From: Macrostomum lignano
Taxonomy: Eukaryota
Assembly (NCBI GenBank): GCA_002269645.1
Contig: NIVC01003566.1
Span: 1 to 64,000, forward strand
DNA length: 64,000 bases
Reading direction: 5' to 3'
Shown: positions 42,657-64,000 of the stretch, one piece after another
Numbering within the stretch: position 1 is the stretch's first letter
How the letters are laid out: each line of letters opens with the position of its first letter
Translations under genes and position numbers: made by a program
The notes under the pieces: generated by a model
Database searches by the model: none
The model's input: only the letters and a program-made list of their open reading frames with translations
What the model was told of the DNA's origin: nothing

Positions 42657-44043
42657 TGAGAACTATACGACTTTATAACTTTAAAGCTTAAAGTATTACT
42701 GGTCCAAAAGTAGCATTGCTACAAAAGTAAATGTAATTGCATCAAAAATGTTCTAACAGATGACAAATTAAAAAGAAAAGAATGCTACCTTCAAAATATT
42801 TAAAAGTTAGTAAAAAGATAAGAATTATAAGTATTTTGACAAAATGAAGAGTCAAATCAAAAGTTTTTGCTTGTTAGTATGTACAAAATATATTTAGATA
42901 TACGCTTTGTTTAAATATGAACTTTTTTCTAAAACTTGAAGTGCCTTTTTTTCGAAACACGCATCGCAACGACCGGTGATCAAAATTGGTGAATCGTTCT
43001 TTCGATGGTCACAAATTTTATAAAATAATGCGATAGTTAAATCCACACATGAAAATTGTTTCGTTTAGATTTTGGGAAGAATTTATTAAAATGTTAGAAG
43101 ACCTGGAAAGTGGAAAGCATAGGGCCTAGTAGTTTGAAGCATTGAAGAATTGAATGAGATTTTATTTTTTGGCATAGGGCCTACACTTACTCAATTACTG
43201 TGACTTCTTTTTTCCATACAAATAAATAGCCATCTGGAAAATCACTCTGAAAAAAGATTAAGAGCTAAGAAAGCTTGTTTTAATGTAATTTAATTCTCTT
43301 ATTTTATAATTTCCAACAACTTTTTGTTCAAGCTTATGATAGGCCTAGCCTAGCTCATGCACATATGCTTTGTCTACTGGTCTACAGACTCTCAGTACAG
43401 GTACTAAGAATTATGGCCTACTGAACAGTGCAGATTGAGATATTGAGATATTAGGTATATTATATAATAGGCCTACTAAGTCCTAAAACTGTGATCTAAC
43501 TGTTCTATTAGTTAGCCATAATGCCCATAAGGTTTGACTAGGCGTAAAAAGTATTTTTTTTTCATTTGAATATTGGGTGCTAGTGAATCTAGTAGCCAGT
43601 TAAATGTAGAATCTGTAGCAGAATTGGAATGGAATAGGCCTAGCAGGGTAAAATGTATAAATTTGTAGGGCCTAATAGAATGGTAAATTGCAAAATCAAT
43701 TGTAGATTGTTGAATGTAATCTAGGCCTAATCTCTAATGGGAGACAAGGAAATGCTTTAAACCTTGGTGGTGCTTCAACATGCCTTTTATTTTTATTGTT
43801 TATATGAATGCAAAGTATATTTTAGTTAATAACATTTGTAATTGCAAAGGTTGCTTATTCACTAAAAAGGTAATCAACCAATGCACATTTCAGCTATTCT
43901 CTGTGTTTAGCATTACTTGCATCAATAAACAAAATGACTAAAGTCCTTACTAGACTGCTGTAGTGTAAATCCATATGCCAATGCAAGTAGTATATTTAGT
44001 TTCATAATTGCATGATAACAGAATCTCAATAATCAGTGCAAAG

Positions 44044-47000
44044 ATGTCTCTAGACCCTGCTGTACAGAGGCGACAGCAGTTGCAGCCTAATCGGCACTAT
44101 TCTTGTGACTCGGCAGAGATGCGCATAGCTGGGCAGTATGAGCTGCATCACACCATTGGCCGGGGCCATTTTGCTGTTGTCAAACTAGCTAGGCACGTGT
44201 TTACTGGCGAACAGGTTGCCATTAAAGTTATTGACAAAGCTAAGTTAGATTCGTCTAATCGAGAGAGCCTCTATCAGGAGGTGATGTGTATGAAGCTTGT
44301 ACAGCATCCGAATGTTGTCAGGCTGTATGACGTAATTGATACGCCTAATAAGCTCTATCTCATATTGGAGTTGGGCAACGGCGGTGACCTGTACGATTTC
44401 ATTGTTCGACAGGACGACAACAGCGGATTAAAGGAGTCTTTAGCTAAGAGTTTCTTTTATCAGATTGTCACTGCAATTGCTTATTGTCATCGGTTGCACG
44501 TGTGTCATCGAGATTTAAAATTAGAGAACTGTGTTGTATTCGAACGACTGGGCGTTGTTAAACTGACCGATTTCGGTTTCTCCAATGTGTTCACGCCTGG
44601 CAAGTATTTGGAAACCTCTTGCGGCTCGTTGGCCTATTCGGCGCCGGAAATTCTGCTTGGCGATTCCTATGATGCGCCTAAGGTGGATGTCTGGTCGCTA
44701 GGTGAGCTTCTGAGTTTTGTAGCAGGCTCTCTAGAGATTAAGGATGCCAAATTGGAAACCCAGCTGGCAGCAGTCAAAGCATATCTATACCCTATGCTTT
44801 TGATCTGTTAAGCCTCTGACCTCTGACTACTGAGAATCCTCCATACGCTGCCTGCAAGGGGCCTTGGCTGTTTCTTGCCTTAGTCTATGGGCCATAGTCG
44901 ATTGTCGATTGTTTTGTATAACAGAAACAGAAACAGATACAATTGATGTTGCAAAGAATAAAATGAAATGACTGTGATGAGTCGCTGGCTGTCTACAGAT
45001 GAAGCAATAGGCATTTGGACTGCAGAGTATTGTATTAGATATAAGTGATAAATGCAAGTAGGCAACATCCCTTGTGGGTGTTGGAGAGGCAATGGTCAAG
45101 GAGGGTTGAGCTCGCAGGGGCTGGAGAGAGCTGGGAAAGAGAGAAACCGATCGATTCTCAGTTTGGGTTTCTTTTTATCACTTTGGTTGGCTTTCACAGT
45201 CTTAGCCCATAGACTAAGGCATGAAACAGCCAAGGCCCCTCGCAGGCAGCGTATGGAGGATTCTCGGTTTAAATGGCTTTTTTCTCAGTTAGGCTGTCAA
45301 AAACACTACTTGAACTAATTACATTAAATGACATTTAGCTCCTCTTAGAGTGCATTTTAATGAGTATCTAATTATTCTAAATCACGGGAAATTTTGAAAT
45401 GTAAAATATAAAAACTAGCTAATAAGCAGTGTCGATAAGCGCGTGACTTACCACCGCTGTACCCCCTGTGTGAGCGGGTGTGTGAGTGTGTGCCTGCCTA
45501 CGGTCTTGGCGCGCTTGTGTGTGGGCAGAATCGTGTGTGGCCAAGCGCAGCGGAATGGCGCAGAATCGCTGCACCTCTGCATGGTTGTGGGACAAAGTCA
45601 CCGAGGGCGTTGCGCCTGGGTGCCCACAAAATAACTTTTGCAATGATTAAAATGATTGACAAGTGTCGCTCATCGTTCATACCATCGTTTGACAGGCGTG
45701 ATCCTATTCATGCTAGTATCCGGTCGACTGCCATTTCAAGAGCCTAACGATTCCGAGACCTTAGCTCGCATTATGGACGTGCGTTACAAAGTCCCTAAGC
45801 ACGTTACCGACCAATGTCGCAGCCTAATTAGCCGATTATTGCAGCGGGATCCATCGAAACGGCCAACTTTGGATGGCATACTAACTGACGATTGGTTTGC
45901 CGACGTGCAGCATAGCGTCTACGATGAGAGGCCATTGATTAGTCTGGGTAGGATTAGTCAGGCTGACCAACAGGAGGTTATTGGCAAGATGGTGAGTAGC
46001 AGATGTTAGAGACAGTCCTGGGTTTTGGTTTACATTCATATTTTCTGTCCTAATGTACATCCATGCAATTTTCTCTCTTGCCCAGTGTACATGCTTGCTG
46101 TTTATCTCTGCCCCAGTGTACATCCAGACTGTGTGCCCCAATGTACAGTTTGGTTCTCTGTCCCAATGTACATTGAGTTTCTCTGTCCCAATGTACAGCC
46201 AGATTATCTGCCTCAATGTACATTCATGCAGTTTTCTCTCTGCCCAGTGTACAATCATGCAGTTTTTTTTCTGCCCATTGTACAACCAGATTCTCTGCCC
46301 CAATGTACATTGAGATTCTCTGCCCCAATGTACATTCCGATTCTCTGCCCCAATGTACATTGAGATTCTCTGCTCCAATGTACATTCAGATTCTCTGCCC
46401 CAATGTACATTCCGATTCTCTGCCCCAATGTACATTCGGATTCTCTGCCCCAATGTACATTCAGATTCTCCGCCCCAATGTACATTCCGATTCTCTGCCC
46501 CAATGTACATTCAGATTCTCTGCTCCAATGTACATTAAAATTTTCTGTCTCGGTGTCCGTTCAGTTTGTCACAAACTTGCAGTCGATTTAAACAATTTGA
46601 ACTGTCGCACTGCAGGTGGACGGCGGCCTAGCAACAGAGCAGGAGATACTCGAAGCATTAGAACGCGACGATTACAGTTACATTACGTCCACGTTTTATC
46701 TGCTAGCTGAGAGGTTAATTAAACGGAACCTAGCATCTCCGGCCGCGGGTTCTTCCGCTCGACATTTGCTGCTACAACATCAGCAGCATCAAAGCCAGCG
46801 AAAGACATCGGATCCGTCTGCATTGTCGGCAGCGAGTGCTGACATTCAGCAGCAGCAACAGCAAGCATCCAGCGGCGGCGGCAGCAGTCGACAATCTTCG
46901 TCTGCTTCGCTTAGCGTTGAAGAGAAACTGCGCCGTTTCTCAATGATTCTAGAAGAAGAAGACGACGATGTCGCTTGTTTGGAAGAGGCCGGTGCCGCCG

Positions 47001-48130
47001 GCGCCGCGGCCGCAGCGGCTGGGAGCGGCACCCCGCCGGTTCGTTTGCAGTCTCCGCAGTTCAGCGGCGGCGGTGGGGTGGGCGGCCGTCTCTCCAGCCT
47101 ATCAGGATTGGCCGCCCTGTGCGATCCAATCAGAGAAGAGGAGACAGGGGAGGGCGGAGTGCTGCAGATTCCTACGCCGGTTCTTTCTTCATCGGCGCTG
47201 TTTCCCGGCGCGGCGACGCTGCAATCTGCGAATATCGGCGGCGGAGGCTCGTCGACATCGTCGCAGAAGCGTCGATCTAGCGCGGCTAGAGAGAGCAGTT
47301 TCTCGTTGAGCTCGCTGGCTTCGAGTCTTCGATCGCTGTCGTCTCAGCGGGTGGCAGTGGATTTGATGCGCGATCTAGGCGGCTGTCCCAGCCCTATTAA
47401 CAATGGCAGCAAGCAGAACTCGTGTGTGTTCTATCCAGCTAGCGGAAATACTACTACCAGTACTACTACTAGCAATAACAATAATAGTAATTCCACAATT
47501 CTCGCTGCCACCACGGCGCCAGTTGCTTCAACAGATGAAGTTGACCTTGAAGCCGACTCTGACGACGACTGCGACAGAGAAATAATTGACAACAATTCCG
47601 GAGATGATACTGTGGATTCGAGCAGAAAGAATGCTACTAGAAGTAGTAGTAGTAATAAACAGCCGCGCAAAGAGTCCGATAGTAATCACAATAGGCGAAC
47701 TGGCTTATCCGGTCATGTTAATCAGTGCGTATCGCTTAGCTCAGAAGAGATCCACAGAGCGTCTGATAGCGGGTCATCTACTCGTTCGCAAAAGCAGAAA
47801 CAGCAGCAGCAGCAGCAGCAAGCGCATTCTTCCAGACAGCGCAGGCGTTCGTCCCGCAGTTCTAGACAGCGAAATAGTAGGCAGATCGGTCGCCTGCCTC
47901 CGCACAATAGCGGTGGTCATCAGCAGAGAAATCATAGTCACCAGGCGGTTGATATCAACAGCGGCAATGCCAAATGGCAGCGTCAGCAACAGCTGGCTTC
48001 CTGTTCAAGACAGGATAGCGGATTAGTCATCGCTGTTGCTAATTCCTCGGCTCAAGCCACTAATACTGCTCAGGCTGCGTCAAAAGCATCAATGGAGAAG
48101 TTTCGAATACGGTGTTGTACAATCAGCTGA
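44044..48130 (+). CDS. SNRK: SNF-related serine/threonine kinase, about 822 aa
   Basis: Exons 44044-44701, 45696-45991, 46616-48130; IAG.Y....[41 protein letters not shown]; UBA-like region; C-terminal CCTIS. Confidence 0.95.
44832..45265. mobile_element. MITE-like element with 61-bp TIRs in SNRK intron 1
   Basis: 44832-44892 is the reverse complement of 45205-45265 (2 mismatches seen); termini GAG..CTC; no clear TSD. Confidence 0.8.
46050..46537. repeat. 25-bp minisatellite in SNRK intron 2 (TTCTCTGCCCCAATGTACATTCAGA)
   Basis: Tandem units, degenerate towards the 5' end. Confidence 0.9.
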
Positions 48131-48508
48131 ATTGGAAATCAATCTGCATTTGTTTTGTGTGCGCGCGTTTGGGAAATTCAACTGAAATTGATGAAATCAA
48201 TCGTTACTGATCGATCTGACGGCTTGCAAAATTTTACGTAACTGCGGTAGAAACAGTGTCATTCGGCATTGCCCAGCTGGCACTACAGGTGCTAGAATAG
48301 TCAGCTATTTCACTCGAAATTTGTTTTAAAAAATCGAAGCATCTACTCTTTTTTCAGTAGTTTATCTGCGCAGTGTCACCTAAGTTTAATGTGACAGCTA
48401 AAATTTTCTTTCCTTCCTCGCTCGAGGTTTGTAGCCTAAGGATCATCCCTGGGATTAAGAATATTAAACTTGATGTAAAAAAGTGAAACAGACAGTCTAG
48501 TTAGTTAA

Positions 48509-49135
48509 CAGGCCCAATCTAGCTCAGCCAACGAGAGAGCAGTAAGGAGAGAGGGTCAAAGTCAGACGGACGAAACTCAGCCTAGGGGGCAGGCCCAATC
48601 TGGCTCAGCCAATGAGAGAGCAGTAAGGAGAGATTGTCAAAGTCAGACTGACGAAACTCAGCCTAGGGGACAGGCCCAATCTGGCTCAGCCAACGAGAGA
48701 GCAGTAAGGAGAGAGGGTCAAAGTCAGACGGACGAAACTCAGCCTAGGGGGCAGGCCCAATCTAGCTCAGCCAGTGAGAGAGCAGTAAGGAGAGATTGTC
48801 AAAGTCAGACTGACGAAACTCAGCCTAGGGGACAGGCCCAATCTAGCTCAGCCAATGAGATAGCAGTAAGGAGAGAGGTTAAAGTCTGACGGATAAAATT
48901 CAGCCTAGGGGACAGGCCCAATCTAGCTCAGCCAATGAGATAGCAGTAAGGAGAGAGGGTCAAAGTCAGACGGACGAAACTCAGCCTAGGGGACAGGCCC
49001 AATCTAGCTCAGCCAATGAGATAGCAGTAAGGAGAGAGGGTCAAAGTCAGACGGACGAAACTCAGCCTAGGGGACAGGCCCAATCTGGCTCAGCCAATGG
49101 GATAGCAGTAAGGAGAGAAGTCAAAGCCAGACATA
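48509..49135. repeat. 81-bp tandem repeat, about 8 copies, two CCAAT motifs per unit
   Basis: CAGGCCCAATC recurs at 48509, 48590, 48671 and onward. Confidence 0.93.
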
Positions 49136-50794
49136 AGCGGGCAAGAAGAAAGCCTAGCTTTATCGGCCTGGCTGGGGGCTGGGGCGCCAACCTTTTTCTT
49201 TCTTGCTCGCTAAGCACAGGCACTGGATTTGGGTGCAGCTTCAAACCTTGTGAAGATGTTATTTAACAGATTTACTTTTAGAAAGCCAGACAGAAGGCGA
49301 TTGTTTCAGCTTTAAAAACTTAATGTAAGGTTTAATAGATTTTTAATTTTACTAAAACGAATTAAAAGCGCTAATTTTACTACTGAAAAAGAGTAGATAA
49401 GCGAATTTTTTCGTGCGGCCTAACGAGTTATTCTAGTATCTGTGGCTGGCATCAGACTACATTAAAATCAACTAAAGCATATCTTAATATGTTGTAATAA
49501 TACAGTAAATTAGCTTTAGTTTCATAAGTTTTATTATAAATGTCCCCTTTAATTTGTTGAATTTACACTTCAAAAAAATCTATTTAGTAGAGTTTAAAAT
49601 CGACCCGGTAAGTCAATTGTGAAGAGACAATATTGCCTGTAGTAATTTTTGTTTTCTATTTAATCTCGTGTACAATTTTTATTAAAGAAAACGTTCATAT
49701 TTATCAATATTGCTACTAACAGTAGTGCTACAATATGCAAATTTGTTTTTGTGCAGTTCAAGCCTCTGAGCTGAGTGTGCTCAGTCTGTGATTGTTAAAT
49801 TTGAAATTTATTAAATTCTAAAACCATAAAATTGCTTATTGATGCTTATAATTAACACTGTAAAGGTAAAGGCTCATATTAGTGAGCTCAAATTCTTTTT
49901 ATTGATTTATAAACTTTGTATATGTATATATTATTTACTTAGATAGATTGGCCATTTAGCTGTTGCTATAATTATTTGTAAATAATATTTATTTGCTCTC
50001 AGGGTTAACTCGGAGATTGTGGAAGAAGTTAACAGAAACTGACATATTTATATTCATATATATATATATATTTGAGTAAACTGAATAAAAATTCAATAAT
50101 AATTATCATAAATATAGTTGATGTTCCTAAAGTTCCTGGACATTTTTTGACCAGCGCCTTGATAGTGCAGTTCCCTTTTTCGTGCTTTTCTCATGCAGAA
50201 TTGTTATGCAAAGAAGAGAACTAAGAGTTTTCTCTCTGTCTTGAAAGAGTTTTGAAATTGTGTGCTTTTACACAAGACCGTCTCCACAATCGATGTTGGG
50301 TTCGCTATGCATGACTATATTTTTTCGGCACCTGCGCACTTACTCTACTCTCTTATAGTTGTCAACTATATGGATTTTGTAATATGCGTTTTTTGAGCTC
50401 AGTTGAGTAGTATATATTTTCACTACGCGCACACGTTTTTTAAAATGTAAAACTAAACCAACCTGTTTATGCAATTGCTGTTATTTCGATGCTCTGATGC
50501 AGAGATTGTAGTTATATTTTAGTATGTCATTCTTTGCAATTGTTTGTGTCTGTCTTTAGTTAACATTTGTCTTTTTCACTTATTTTAATATCTTATATTC
50601 GTTTTGTAAATTCTATTTTTTTAAAGTAGCCAATGACATTTTTTGGCTATGATCAAGTCGTTTGTTAATGCGAGTAAATATAACTGAATATTGTGCGTTT
50701 AGTGAATAAATATATATCAATATGCGATAATATATCATGCAGGTTAGCAGATTAAATCTATGTTTATTATTGCGATTATGTTTATTTTTACTGA

Positions 50795-51165
50795 ATGATC
50801 TATAGGCAGGGGTAGCATTCTACGAGTGATCTATAGGCAGGGGTAGCATTCTACCGAGTGATCTATAGGCAGGGGTAGCATCCTACTGAGTGATCTATAG
50901 GCAGGGGTAGCATCCTACTGAGTGATCTATAGGCAGGGGTAGCATCCTACTGAGTGGTCTATTGGTATGGGTAGCATCCTGCTGAGTGATCTATAGGCAG
51001 GGGTAGCATCCCGCTGAGTGATCTATAGGCAGGGGTAGCATCCCGCTGAGTGATCTAAAGGCAGGGGTAGCATCCCGCTGAGTGATCTATAGGCAGGGGT
51101 AGCATCCCGCTGAGTGATCTATAGGCAGGGGGTAGCATCCCGCTGAGTGATCTATAGGTAGGGTA
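50795..51165. repeat. 32-bp minisatellite (AGTGATCTATAGGCAGGGGTAGCATCCTACTG) upstream of GCN1
   Basis: About 11-12 copies. Confidence 0.93.
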
Positions 51166-51348
51166 ACAGCCCCCTATTACGAAGTGAGTTTCGGCATGTA
51201 TTTCTGCTAATTTTTACCTTCATGAGATACACAGCTACTGATTAGTGCACTCTGATTTTTTCAAAATTCCAAAGTCAATATTAGCCAATAAGTTGGCTTA
51301 GAAGTTGCTTGGTTCTGGTAGACATTATTATCAACACTGTCAGTGACT

Positions 51349-63206
<11,858 letters not shown>

Positions 63207-63379
63207 GTTAGTAACGGGGGGGGGTGGTAATTATCTAGTGTCCATGCTTGTTATCTCCGTAAAATCCCAATAATTTTCCTCATGAATCCCTAATAATTAT
63301 CCTAACGAAGTCCCAGAAGTTATCCCAAAAAATATTCCAATAAAATCCCAACAGTAATCCCCATAAGATCTCAATAATT

Positions 63380-63960
63380 ATCGCCATGAACTCCCAAATC
63401 CCAATTATCACTTCCTTAAAATCCCAACAATTTTCACAATGAAATCCCAATAATTATCCTCATAAAATCCCAACAATTATCATAATGAAATCCCAATAAT
63501 TATCCGAATGAAATCCCAACAATTATCATAATGAAATCCCAATAATTATCCGAATGAAATCCCAATAATTATCCGAATGAAATCCCAATAATTATCCGAA
63601 TGAAATCCCAATAATTATCATAATGAAATCCCAATAATTATCCGAATGAAATCCCAATAATTATGCGAATTAAATCCCAATAATTATCCGAATAAAATCC
63701 CAATAATTATCCGAATGAAATCCCAATAATTATGCGAATTAAATCCCAATAATTATCCGAATTAAATCCCAATAATTATCCGAATGAAATCCCAATAATT
63801 ATGCGAATTAAATCCCAATAATTATCCGAATTAAATCCCAATAATTATCCGAATTAAATCCCAATAATTATCCGAATGAAATCCCAATAATTATCCGAAT
63901 GAAATCCCAATAATTATCCCCATTAAGTTCTAATCCAAGTTAATCCCAGTAATTATCCCC
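63380..63960. repeat. 23-bp minisatellite, GCN1 intron 9 (AATTATCCGAATGAAATCCCAAT)
   Basis: Tandem units; inverted relative to 56890-57800. Confidence 0.95.
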
Positions 63961-64000
63961 ATGGAATCCCAGTACCTTTTTGTCTTTATTATCCCTAGTA

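Noticed and set aside
49062-49244. Small ORF with a hydrophobic stretch
   Set aside because: Its 3' half lies in the 81-bp repeat; only 60 aa, with no other support

Overview
Eukaryotic (metazoan) genomic DNA, very rich in tandem repeats. By inference it is most like the free-living flatworm Macrostomum: private minisatellites fill most long introns, and there is a flatworm spliced-leader-like relic at 35280. Genes: IFT81 (- strand, 8 exons, complete), SNRK (+, 3 exons, complete), the 5' 9 exons of GCN1 (+, runs off the window), two GT32/DXD glycosyltransferase paralogs, an intronless secreted C-type lectin, a short orphan ORF with a myristoylation motif, and a Q/H-rich two-frame ORF pair. 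Mobile DNA: a full-length but disabled Ty3/Gypsy (Mag-like) LTR retrotransposon with a 5-bp TSD inserted in a 37-bp satellite; a probable 2.2-kb solo LTR in GCN1 intron 3; a 1040-bp foldback element with an 8-bp TSD between IFT81 and SNRK; a MITE with a 6-bp TSD; further hairpin elements; and SINE-like fragments. About 29 tandem arrays generate most of the long ORFs in the supplied track, which are artefacts. No CRISPR, rRNA or tRNA genes were found. Best leads: the SL-exon relic, the one-private-satellite-per-intron architecture of GCN1, inverted satellites bracketing an in-frame 4-exon block, and GT32 paralogs with non-matching introns. All alignments, counts and reference comparisons were done by eye or from memory and need computational confirmation.
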